64,000 nt of DNA, from contig DATKFU010000290.1 in the NCBI GenBank assembly GCA_035511215.1, positions 25,593 to 89,592 on the forward strand, read 5' to 3'. Both the position numbers and the translations under genes were made by a program. Shown here in pieces: positions 30,635 to 38,947 of the stretch (position 1 is its first letter; each line of letters starts with the position of its first letter). The DNA is from Bryobacteraceae bacterium (GTDB lineage Bacteria; Acidobacteriota; Terriglobia; Bryobacterales; Bryobacteraceae). Below the pieces are notes generated by a model. That model was not told the origin of the DNA. It searched no databases and worked only from the letters and a program-made list of their open reading frames with translations.

Positions 30635-31007
30635 ATGCGCATCCGCTGGACGCCTCTCGCCGCCGCGGACTTGCAGCACATTAGCAATTTCCTGAACGAC
30701 CACCATCCCGCCAAACGTATGGACCATGAACATACTGTATGACCGCATTCGTTCCCTGAAGGAATCGCCGCACTGTGGCCGCCCAGGCCAGGACGGTACC
30801 CGAGAGGTTTGGTTTGTTGGGATTCCAGTCATTCCCTATGTCCCGGTGTACCGCGTGAAGGAGCAGAGCATCGAAGTGATTACGCATTTATGGCGCCGGC
30901 CAGCGCGTCTGATTACGCAGGCGTCCCCACCAAAAAACACCGGCCGCTCTCTGACTGCGCGCCGCGCGTCGAGGGTGGATCGGCTCATCGCGCTGCGGTA
31001 TGAGTAG
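30635..31007 (+). pseudogene. ParE/RelE-family toxin, frameshifted and read through into an ADOP 3' remnant
   Basis: Frame 2: MRIRWTPLAAADLQHISNFLNDHHPA, then stop at 30740-30742. Frame 0 from about 30714: VWTMNILYDRIRSLKESPHCGRPGQDGTREV...PYVPVYRVKEQSIEVI. The shift maps to the aaa run at 30713-30715. A possible original end RIYGAGQRV* sits in the third frame (TGA 30910-30912). Confidence 0.6.
30943..31007 (+). pseudogene. Orphan 3'-terminal remnant of another ADOP permease gene
   Basis: Translates [19 protein letters not shown], against the intact upstream gene's [19 protein letters not shown] (30304-30364). About 52 of 62 nt are identical by eye, and RASR is encoded by different codons in the two copies. 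Confidence 0.6.
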
Positions 31008-31019
31008 GCAGTGCGAGTG

Positions 31020-31168
31020 TTACCTTCTCGCCACGTTGCCGGCGCCCGATTGAACACAGCGCGGAAATCGCGGCCCCGGACAGTGGCTCCAGATCGTGCA
31101 GCCGATTCGTTCGCCCACAAAGAATTCGGGATGTTCTGATCGACAGTGATGAGAATATCGAAGCCGCA
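31020..31168 (-). pseudogene. Truncated, multiply frameshifted remnant of the PIN-like (DUF5615-type) partner of DUF433
   Basis: Directly after the DUF433 stop, three different minus-strand frames read FDILITVDQNIPNS, then NRLHDLEPLSGAAISALCSI, then GAGNVARR*. These correspond to the middle and C-terminal parts of that toxin family. The N-terminal half is absent. Confidence 0.4.
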
Positions 31169-31393
31169 TCAACCGCGCGCCAGCAACAGTTGCTTGGCTT
31201 CTTCCAGCGCTTCCAACGCCAGGGCGCGGGGAACCGTCGGGAATCCGTCCAGGAAATCTTCCAGTGTGTCGCCCCCCTCCAGGTAGTCGAACAGAGTCTG
31301 CATCGGCACGCGGGTCCCCCGGAACACGGGAACACCTTGCATCGTCTCGGGATCTCTTGTGATCGCTTGCGCCACGTCTTCATTGTCTCTCAT
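31169..31393 (-). CDS. DUF433-family protein (antitoxin-like)
   Basis: ITRDPETMQGVPVFRGTRVPMQTLFDYLEGGDTLEDFLDGFPTVPRALALEALE is canonical DUF433. Confidence 0.85.
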   Translation of the reverse strand: MRDNEDVAQAITRDPETMQGVPVFRGTRVPMQTLFDYLEGGDTLEDFLDGFPTVPRALALEALEEAKQLLLARG

Positions 31394-31427
31394 ACGGCCG
31401 CACGCACGTGCAAGCGCCGCTGCCGCG

Positions 31428-32903
31428 CTAAAACCACCGGCTCATAATCACCTTCTGCTCCGTGTAAAACGCCACTGCATCCCTCCCGTGCGCGTGCAAG
31501 TCGCCATAGAACGAGTTCTTCCAGCCGCAGAACGGGAAGAAGGCCATCGGCGCCGCGACGCCCACGTTCACTCCCACCATCCCCACCTCAATGCGTGACG
31601 CGTATTCGCGCGCACTCTTGCCATCCGACGTGAAGATCGAAGTGGTGTTGCCGAACGCCGAGCTGTTCACCAGCGCGACGGCCTCATCCAGATCCTTTAC
31701 GTGAATCACACTGAGCACAGGCCCGAAAATCTCCTCGCGCGCAATAGTCATGCCCGGCGCTACGCCGTCGAAAACGGTCGGCCCTATGAAATAGCCGCCG
31801 TCACCGCCGGCGCTATCGCCGCGCATGCGTTCGCGCCCATCCACCAGGAGCTGTGCGCCTTCCGCTACGCCCTTCTCGATATAGCCGAGCACGCGCGCGC
31901 GATGTTCCGCCGTCACCAGCGGGCCCATTTCGGTGCCCGGAGCGGCCCCGTCGCCGATGCGCAGATCGCGCACTTTCCGTAACAGGGCATTCAGCAACGG
32001 ACGCGAATCGCCCACCGCGACCAGCACGCTGCCCGCCAGACAGCGCTCGCCGGCCGCACCGAAGGCGGAACCCATGATGGCTTCGACGCTCTTCTCCACG
32101 TTGGCGTCCGGCATAACCACCAGGTGGTTCTTGGCGCCCCCCAAAGCCTGCACGCGCTTGCCGTGCGCCGCGGCGGTCTGGTAGACATATTGCGCTACCG
32201 GGCTCGAACCGACAAACGAAATCGCGCGCACCAGCGGATGCGCCAGCAAAGCGTCCACCGCTTCGCGCGACCCGTGCAGCAGGTTGTAGACCCCCGCCGG
32301 AAGCCCGGCATCGTGCAGCAGCTCGGCGGTACGCGTGGGGGTCAGCGGCACCTTCTCCGACGGCTTCAGGATGAACGCGTTGCCGCAGGCAATGGCGAAC
32401 GGAAACATCCACATCGGCACCATGGCCGGAAAGTTGAACGGCGTGATGCCCGCGCACACCCCCAAAGGCTGGCGAATGGTCTGGCAATCGATTCCCTGCG
32501 AGACATTTTCGAGCGACTGCCCCATCATCAGGCTGGGCATCCCGCAGGCTACTTCCACCATTTGTATCGCGCGCCGCACACTCCCGGCGGCGTCGTCGAC
32601 CGTTTTGCCGTTCTCCGCCGAAAGGATGCGGGCGATCTCGCCAGCGTGCTTCTCCAGCAGATCCTTGTAGCGATAAAATACCTGCACGCGTTCGACGACC
32701 GGCACTTCCCGCCACTTCAGGAAAGCCGCGTGGGCGGCGCGGGCGGCGCGGTCCACATCGTCCGCGTCGGCGTAGGGAACCTGCGCGATCACGCGTCCCG
32801 TGGCCGGATTCACGATCGGATGCAAAGCGCGCCCCGGCGCGTCTTCCCAGCTTCCGTTCGTATAGAACCTGACCGTGCGAACTGCGGTTTCAGTGGCGAT
32901 CAT
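31428..32903 (-). CDS. mmsA: CoA-acylating methylmalonate-semialdehyde dehydrogenase
   Basis: 491 aa aldehyde dehydrogenase with FPFAIACGNAFILKPSEK, catalytic Cys region GERCLA, and the MmsA-typical C-terminus FFPFCGWKNSFYGDLHAHGRDAVAFYTEQKVIMSRW. Confidence 0.9.
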   Translation of the reverse strand: MIATETAVRTVRFYTNGSWEDAPGRALHPIVNPATGRVIAQVPYADADDVDRAARAAHAAFLKWREVPVVERVQVFYRYKDLLEKHAGEIARILSAENGKTVDDAAGSVRRAIQMVEVACGMPSLMMGQSLENVSQGIDCQTIRQPLGVCAGITPFNFPAMVPMWMFPFAIACGNAFILKPSEKVPLTPTRTAELLHDAGLPAGVYNLLHGSREAVDALLAHPLVRAISFVGSSPVAQYVYQTAAAHGKRVQALGGAKNHLVVMPDANVEKSVEAIMGSAFGAAGERCLAGSVLVAVGDSRPLLNALLRKVRDLRIGDGAAPGTEMGPLVTAEHRARVLGYIEKGVAEGAQLLVDGRERMRGDSAGGDGGYFIGPTVFDGVAPGMTIAREEIFGPVLSVIHVKDLDEAVALVNSSAFGNTTSIFTSDGKSAREYASRIEVGMVGVNVGVAAPMAFFPFCGWKNSFYGDLHAHGRDAVAFYTEQKVIMSRWF

Positions 32904-32924
32904 GTGATGTTCTCCCTGCTCCTC

Positions 32925-32982
32925 GGATCAACGAGCGCCGCTGGCAAACCTGGCGGCCGGCGCCACTCGCGAGGGTTGATCC
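32925..32982 (-). terminator. Long imperfect stem-loop after sppA (candidate terminator, no U-tract)
   Basis: ggatcaac (32925-32932) pairs with gttgatcc (32975-32982). Inner arms are gagcgcc / ggcgc(ca)ctc. It lies between the sppA stop and the mmsA start. Confidence 0.3.
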
Positions 32983-34709
32983 TACTGCGCACTCACCATA
33001 AACGGCATGATGCGCAACAGCCCGCGGCCGGCCCACAATTCCGGCGGCCAATTCCTGACCAGGCGCCGCCAGCGCGAATCGATCATGCTGTCCTGCGCAC
33101 GGCCGAACAATAAGTCCAGAATGCTACGCCGCGCCGGATACATAATCATGGTGACATTCTCGGAAGCCGGTATTTTGGCCTTCTGCTTCACCAATTCGAG
33201 AGCCCGGTCGATGCCGCCCAATTCGTCCACCAGGCCGCGCTCTTTCGCCTGATCGCCCAGCCACACGCGGCCCTGCGCCAGCGCATCGATCTGGTCGAAT
33301 GGCCGGTGCCGCGCCTGCGCTACTTTGGCGACGAAGTCGTGATAGTTGGCGTCGATGCCATCCTTCAACTTGGCCAATTCCTCGGGGGAGAGATCGCGGT
33401 AGTCCGAATCGATGGCCGCAAATTTCCCGCGCGCGAGCATGTCCTTCGTGACGCCCAACTTATCGTACAGCCCGTGCAGATTGGGCTTGCCGAACACCAC
33501 TCCGATGGAACCGGTGAGGGTGCCCGGGTAAGCCACGATGGGATCGCCGGTCATTGCCATGTAGTAGCCGCCGGAAGCCGCCGCATCGGACATCGAGATC
33601 ACCACGGGTTTCTTCTTGCTCAACAGGTTCATTTCGCGCCAGATCTCGTCGGAAGCCACCGCGTCGCCTCCCGGAGAATCGATGCGCACCACTACGCCAT
33701 CCACGCTCGAATCCCCTCCAATGCGCCGCAGCAGCTTGATGAACCCCGTAGCCCGAATGCCTTCGTCGGAAGTGCCGTCGTCGTCGGACGAGCCGCGCGT
33801 GATGGTGCCGTCCCCTACCAGCATGGCGATATGATGGCGGCCCTCCAGACCCAGCGAATCGGGTGGAACCTTTTGATACGCGCCAGTCGAGAGCTTGTGC
33901 AGTTCGCCGGAACCCACTTTCTGCTGCAAGTCGGCGAACATCTGGTCCTCGTAGCGCAACTGGTCTACCAGGCCGTCCTGAAGCGCGTCATTGGCCAGGA
34001 ACGGTCCCCGATCGATCAGTGCAGTAACGGCATCCGGGGTTTTCTTGCGGCTCTCCGCGATATGGCCGACCAGGGTGCCGTAGAGGTCGTCTACCACCGA
34101 CGTCATCACCTCGCGGGTCTCCGGGCTCATGGACGTGCGCGTGAACATGTCCCCGAAGTCCTTGTACTTGCCATCGTGCTCCACCTGCACGTCCACGCCG
34201 ATTTTATCCAGCGTATTCTTGAAGTACATCAGTTCGACGCGCATGCCCTTCACGTTAAGCCAGTCCGTGGGACCCAGATAGATGCGGTCGGCGGCCGAAG
34301 CCAGATAATATTCGCGCGCGCCGGGGGTCTTCAGAAACGCAAACAGCGGCTTGCCGGATTTCTTGAACCCCACCAGATCGGCGCGGAATTCTTCCAGCTT
34401 GCCCCATCCCACGCTAAGCGAATCGGGCTCCAGCACCACCGCTTTGACGCGCGCATCGACGGCGGCTTTGCGCAGCATCATCCAGACGCTCGTGACCGTC
34501 GCGGCCGGGCGGTCCGCCAGCGCGCCAAAGGGGACTTCCACCGGCGGACTCTCCGGTATGTCGCCCGAGAGGTGGAGATGCAGCACCGAGTTTTGCGCTA
34601 CGGAGGGCGCGCTCTCACGGAAACTACGCGCCAGTGCGAAGAAGATCAGAAACAGGCCGGCCACGCACAGGACTACGCCGGTAATCAGGCCGAACAGAAA
34701 CTTCGCCAT
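32982..34709 (-). CDS. sppA: Signal peptide peptidase SppA, 67K type
   Basis: 575 aa. N-terminal TM segment, and two S49 peptidase domains (GKPLFAFLKTPGAREYYLASAAD; VVISMSDAAASGGYYMAMTGD). Confidence 0.9.
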   Translation of the reverse strand: MAKFLFGLITGVVLCVAGLFLIFFALARSFRESAPSVAQNSVLHLHLSGDIPESPPVEVPFGALADRPAATVTSVWMMLRKAAVDARVKAVVLEPDSLSVGWGKLEEFRADLVGFKKSGKPLFAFLKTPGAREYYLASAADRIYLGPTDWLNVKGMRVELMYFKNTLDKIGVDVQVEHDGKYKDFGDMFTRTSMSPETREVMTSVVDDLYGTLVGHIAESRKKTPDAVTALIDRGPFLANDALQDGLVDQLRYEDQMFADLQQKVGSGELHKLSTGAYQKVPPDSLGLEGRHHIAMLVGDGTITRGSSDDDGTSDEGIRATGFIKLLRRIGGDSSVDGVVVRIDSPGGDAVASDEIWREMNLLSKKKPVVISMSDAAASGGYYMAMTGDPIVAYPGTLTGSIGVVFGKPNLHGLYDKLGVTKDMLARGKFAAIDSDYRDLSPEELAKLKDGIDANYHDFVAKVAQARHRPFDQIDALAQGRVWLGDQAKERGLVDELGGIDRALELVKQKAKIPASENVTMIMYPARRSILDLLFGRAQDSMIDSRWRRLVRNWPPELWAGRGLLRIMPFMVSAQ

Positions 34710-34744
34710 GCTACTTCCGACAGTAGCACAGCGAGGTTAAGCCG

Positions 34745-35935
34745 CTATTTGCCATCGTTAGGAGCCGGTATCGGATAATACCCTTCGCGCGTTTGGACAG
34801 TCAGGTTCTTCTTGTCGACCGTCAGACTGATGGCGCGGTAGCCTGTCTGGGACGCGGTCTGATCCGAGGTGTAGCCGAGGCTATACTGGTCGCGGAGTTC
34901 TTCCTCAATCCGCGTGTAGATGTTATCGATCGTCTGCTTGTGAGAGACTTCGAAGTAGGTCCCGCCGGTTTCCTTCGAGATGCGCTTGAGTATTTTCTTG
35001 CCGTCGGGCCGCTCTTCCTGCGGATATCTGCCGCCGCCGCGTCCCATACCGCCGCCGCGCCCCATACCGCGTCCCAAACCCTGGAATCCCTCGTTCGAGG
35101 AGAAGTAGATGGAGTAAACCAAAGTGTCGGAACGCTGGGCGGCTTCGATGGCTTCCGTGATCGAGACCTTGCTGCCCCGGTCGACGCCATCGGAGAGAAC
35201 GAAGACCGCTTTGCGGCCCTTCTGCTTTTTCATCAGGTCGTCGCCGGATGCCAGGTAAACGGCGTCGTAGAGCAACGTGCCGCTGCTGTGCCGCCCGCCT
35301 CCGCCACCCCTCCCGCCTCCACCGCCGGGATAGCCGCCTCCACCGCCTCCGCCACCCCCGCCGCCTTGCTGCTGTGAGTCGTCCTGGTTCACTTCGAGCT
35401 CGTGCAGCGCCTTGTTCAACTTCTGGCGCGACTGAGTGAGGTCCTGCAGCAGTTCCACCTGGTGATCGAAATGCAGCACGAAGGCCTGGTCTTTGCCCTC
35501 GCGCAGTACGTGCTCCAGGAAGGTGTAGCTGGCGGAACGCTCCGCATCGATCACGCTGCGCTGGCTGCGGCTGGTATCCACCAGCAGACCCAGGGTCAAC
35601 GGCAGATCCGTCTCGCGGGAGAAATAGCGGATGACCTGCGGTCGTCCGTCTTCCTGCAGGACGAAATCTTCTTTGTTGAGGTTGGAGACGATATGGCTAT
35701 CCTTATCGCGCACGGTCGCATACAGATTGACCAGATTGACGTTCGCGGTGAAGGTGGAGCTCTGCTGCTTGGACGAAGTGTCGGGCGGCTGGGACGGCGG
35801 AGGGGTGGGCGGGGGTGTCGCCGGGGTGTTTTGTTGAGCGATCAGTACCTTCGCCGCCGGAAACAGCGGCAGCAGGGCGACCAGACGGCGCCTGGAAATC
35901 GGGATTGGCATGGCATTGGTTATCGATGCGCCCAC
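34745..35935 (-). CDS. VWA-domain protein of the acidobacterial TIGR03436-like type
   Basis: FTANVNLVNLYATVRDKDSHIVSNLNKEDFVLQEDGRPQVIRYFSRETDLPLTLGLLVDTSRSQ, then a VWA core (AVFVLSDGVDRGS). Two Gly-rich low-complexity inserts. Confidence 0.8.
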   Translation of the reverse strand: MGASITNAMPIPISRRRLVALLPLFPAAKVLIAQQNTPATPPPTPPPSQPPDTSSKQQSSTFTANVNLVNLYATVRDKDSHIVSNLNKEDFVLQEDGRPQVIRYFSRETDLPLTLGLLVDTSRSQRSVIDAERSASYTFLEHVLREGKDQAFVLHFDHQVELLQDLTQSRQKLNKALHELEVNQDDSQQQGGGGGGGGGGGYPGGGGGRGGGGGRHSSGTLLYDAVYLASGDDLMKKQKGRKAVFVLSDGVDRGSKVSITEAIEAAQRSDTLVYSIYFSSNEGFQGLGRGMGRGGGMGRGGGRYPQEERPDGKKILKRISKETGGTYFEVSHKQTIDNIYTRIEEELRDQYSLGYTSDQTASQTGYRAISLTVDKKNLTVQTREGYYPIPAPNDGK

Positions 35936-35959
35936 CTCATGGTAGGTTACACTCGCAGC

Positions 35960-36820
35960 CTAAGCTCCCGACAGGATCAGCTCAAACCGGCGGTTCACTT
36001 CGCGCAAATAGGACTCCCCGCCGCCTTCCAGTTCCACTGTCGCGGTGCCGTGGTAACCGATTTCGCCCAGCGCCTTGTGTACCTCGATCCAGTCGATGTC
36101 GCCTTCGCGCAAGGGTACGAATTCCGCCTGCATCTTCCGGAAGCGGAAATCCTTGATGTGCAGCTTCACGATGCGCTTTCCTACCGTGCGTATCCAATCC
36201 TGCGGATAGCCGGTGAGCACCACGTTGCCCACATCGAAATACGACCGCACCCAGGGGCTCTGGAAGTCGTCGATATACTTGGCATATTCGAGCGGGCTGA
36301 GCAGAAACTTGTTCCAGACTTCCTCCACCGCGATAATGACCTTTAACTCCTCCGCCATGGGGATCAGCTTGCGGATCTGCTCTTGCGAGCGTGTCCAGGC
36401 ATCCTGGTAGCTGGTCTGCGGATTGACCACGGCGGGCACCAGAAGCACCGTCTCCGCACCCCAGAAATGCGCGTTGCGCAGGCTGGTTTCGATTCCTTTG
36501 ACGCTCTCTGCGACCACTGCCGCGTCCGCCGAAGACAGCGGATACTTCCAGTGCGCCATGTTCATCACGGAATGAATGGGCAGCCTGGTGGATTCCGACG
36601 CTTTCCTGATTTCATCCGCCGTGCTCTGGTCGGGCGTGGTTGGGCACTCGGTGGCTTCGAAGCCCGTGTCCCGGGCCAGTTTGAAGCGATCGGCAATGCT
36701 CAGCGATTTGGGCAGCATCTCAAAGAGCACGGCCTTGCGGATAGGCAGACGGCTGCCGGCTGGAGCAGCGGACGCCCAGGCCGGCAGCGCCGCGACGGCC
36801 ATAAAATCTCTTCTGGTCAT
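35960..36820 (-). CDS. Xylose-isomerase-like TIM-barrel protein (sugar phosphate isomerase/epimerase family) with a Tat signal
   Basis: MTRRDFMAVAALPAWASAA twin-arginine signal and an AP_endonuc_2-like body. ATG 36820 forms an ATGA overlap with the upstream paralog's stop. Confidence 0.85.
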   Translation of the reverse strand: MTRRDFMAVAALPAWASAAPAGSRLPIRKAVLFEMLPKSLSIADRFKLARDTGFEATECPTTPDQSTADEIRKASESTRLPIHSVMNMAHWKYPLSSADAAVVAESVKGIETSLRNAHFWGAETVLLVPAVVNPQTSYQDAWTRSQEQIRKLIPMAEELKVIIAVEEVWNKFLLSPLEYAKYIDDFQSPWVRSYFDVGNVVLTGYPQDWIRTVGKRIVKLHIKDFRFRKMQAEFVPLREGDIDWIEVHKALGEIGYHGTATVELEGGGESYLREVNRRFELILSGA

Positions 36821-37743
36821 GCGAATGTCACTCCGATCTGGGCGGCTACTTTCTGGATGTAGCGCTTACCCTCTTCATATTCCTCGGCCGTTTTCAGGTG
36901 CTCCAGCATCAGCGGCGTTTCCACCGGCAACAGCGATAGCTCGTTCAAGTAGGTCCGGTAATCGATTTCGCCGCGGCCCGGAATCACTTCCTGGAAATGT
37001 ACGTTCAGCTCCACAATCCAAGCCAGATCTTTGGCATGGCAGGAAACAATCCACGGACCCAGCTTGCGGAAGCAATCGGCGATCACTTCGCTGTTGCGAT
37101 AGAAGCGCTCCGGCGAATTGATCACGTTGCAGACGTCCAGATGCACGCCGAAGGCCGGGCGGTCCACCGCCTTGATCAGCTTCAGGTAGGAATCCGGGCC
37201 GTCGGGCACCGACCAGCCCATGGCTTCAATGGTGAACTTACTCCGCTTCGGTTGGATCTCGTCGATCACATGCCGGCAGTTATCCACCGTCGCGTCGAAA
37301 AACTGCTGCGAAAGGTTCTTCGGATTGGGTCCGTACCAGACGGTGGCGTTGTAAGAGCCTGCGATATCTACGCAGCAGCGCGCGCCGGCGGACTCGGCGA
37401 GGGCCATGCGCTCCACCACGTATTGCAGGTTCGCACGGCGCTTTTCGGTATCCGGGTCCAGCATATTCACCCACGCGCCCACTTCGGCGATCGTCACATT
37501 TTCGGCGGCGAAGGACTTTTCGATGGCGCGCACGCGGACGGTGTCCTCGGCTTTGGCCTGCGGGCAGTAGGCGGCGCTGTAACCCAGGCGGCGATGCTCG
37601 CGCGCCAGTTCGGCTGGGTCTTCGCTCTTCAGGAATATCGGCCCGCCCAGGCGGACTGCGCGGCGGCCGCTGCCCCCCAGAGAGCCGGCCAAAGCGGCGG
37701 CGCCCGCGGCTGCCAGAAACGACCGGCGATCGGTTCGCATCAT
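36817..37743 (-). CDS. Xylose-isomerase-like TIM-barrel protein with a Tat signal
   Basis: Start chosen at ATGATG 37743 (MMRTDRRSFLAAAGAAALAGSLG). The track ORF start at 37902 would overlap the divergent gene. Confidence 0.85.
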   Translation of the reverse strand: MMRTDRRSFLAAAGAAALAGSLGGSGRRAVRLGGPIFLKSEDPAELAREHRRLGYSAAYCPQAKAEDTVRVRAIEKSFAAENVTIAEVGAWVNMLDPDTEKRRANLQYVVERMALAESAGARCCVDIAGSYNATVWYGPNPKNLSQQFFDATVDNCRHVIDEIQPKRSKFTIEAMGWSVPDGPDSYLKLIKAVDRPAFGVHLDVCNVINSPERFYRNSEVIADCFRKLGPWIVSCHAKDLAWIVELNVHFQEVIPGRGEIDYRTYLNELSLLPVETPLMLEHLKTAEEYEEGKRYIQKVAAQIGVTFA

Positions 37744-37774
37744 CCCGATTCTATCGCTTTGTGTTCCCGTAAGG

Positions 37775-38920
37775 GTGCTGCCAACGGCGCGCGTGCTCTG
37801 CGCGACAATAGTTCCAGTGATGACCCCGATCGAGGTTCCCGAGGATCTTTCCGGCCTCGACGAGGCCATTGCGCAAGTCCCCAACAATCCCGCCGTTTTC
37901 ATGCTTTGGCCGCGCGAAGGCGATCCCTACCTCGCCAAGACCGCGCTGTTGCGGCGCCGCTTGCTACGCCTGCTCAAGGAGCGTGAGAAGCCATCGCGTT
38001 TGCTGAACCTCCGTCACACTGTGCGGCGCATTGAGTACAGCCTCACCGGCTCGGCCTTCGAATCCGCCATCCTGATGTACGAGCTTGCCCGCCGCCATTT
38101 TCCAAAAGCCTACCTCGACCTGCTGAAGCTGCGCATGCCCACTTATGTCAAGCTCGTGCTCACCAACGAGTTTCCGCGCAGCCAACTCACCACCCATCTG
38201 GGACGCGCCCCCGCGCTCTATTGCGGCCCGTTCCGCAGCCGCGTTTCAGCCGAGAAGTTCGAATCGCAATTCCTGGACCTGTTTCAGATGCGGCGCTGCC
38301 AGGACGACCTGGCGCCCTCTCCCGAGCACCCCGGCTGCATCTACGGCGAGATGGGCATGTGCCTGCGCCCCTGCCAGCAGGTGGTGGGGCGCGACGAGTA
38401 CCTGCACGAAGTCGGCCGTGTGGCGGACTTCCTGAAGACCGGCGGGCACTCACTGCTCGACACCATCGGACGCGCGCGCGACCGGTACAGCGAAGAGATG
38501 ATGTTTGAAGAAGCCGGCCGGCAGCACAAGCGCTTCGAAAAGGTCCAGGAAGTCCTGAAGTTGCAGGATGAACTGGCGCGCGATATTGGCAGACTGCATG
38601 GCGTTGCGATCACGTCCTCCGCCGCGCCCAATGCCGTGGAACTTTGGATCGTGCGCGAGGGGTACTGGCAAGTGCCGCGGCGTCTCAGCTTCGAAATCGA
38701 GGACGGCAAGCCCGTTTCGCTCGATGGCAAGCTGCGGGACGTCTTCGCCACGCTGCCCGTCCGCCAACTCCCCATGCGCGCGCGCCAGGAGTACCTGGCC
38801 TTACTCGCGCGCTGGTACCATTCGAGCTGGCGGGAAGGCGAATGGCTGCCCATTGACTCCTTCGAAGCCCTGCCTTACCGCAAGCTGGTGCACGCTATTT
38901 CGCGCGTGGCGCGGACTTAG
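37775..38920 (+). CDS. UvrC N-terminal-half homologue (Cho-like): divergent GIY-YIG region, Cys-rich region and UVR domain, with no C-terminal nuclease or HhH
   Basis: PAVFMLWPREGDPYLAKTALLRRRL (GIY...YIG positions read VFM...YLA). IEYSLTGSAFESAILMYELARRHFPKAY. CLRPCQQVVGRDEYLHEVGRVADFLKTGG. UVR-like MMFEEAGRQHKRFEKVQEV. Start is GTG 37775 or ATG 37820. Confidence 0.6.
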   Translation: MLPTARVLCATIVPVMTPIEVPEDLSGLDEAIAQVPNNPAVFMLWPREGDPYLAKTALLRRRLLRLLKEREKPSRLLNLRHTVRRIEYSLTGSAFESAILMYELARRHFPKAYLDLLKLRMPTYVKLVLTNEFPRSQLTTHLGRAPALYCGPFRSRVSAEKFESQFLDLFQMRRCQDDLAPSPEHPGCIYGEMGMCLRPCQQVVGRDEYLHEVGRVADFLKTGGHSLLDTIGRARDRYSEEMMFEEAGRQHKRFEKVQEVLKLQDELARDIGRLHGVAITSSAAPNAVELWIVREGYWQVPRRLSFEIEDGKPVSLDGKLRDVFATLPVRQLPMRARQEYLALLARWYHSSWREGEWLPIDSFEALPYRKLVHAISRVART

Positions 38921-38947
38921 CACGGCCGGTTCAGACCGCCTACTTCT

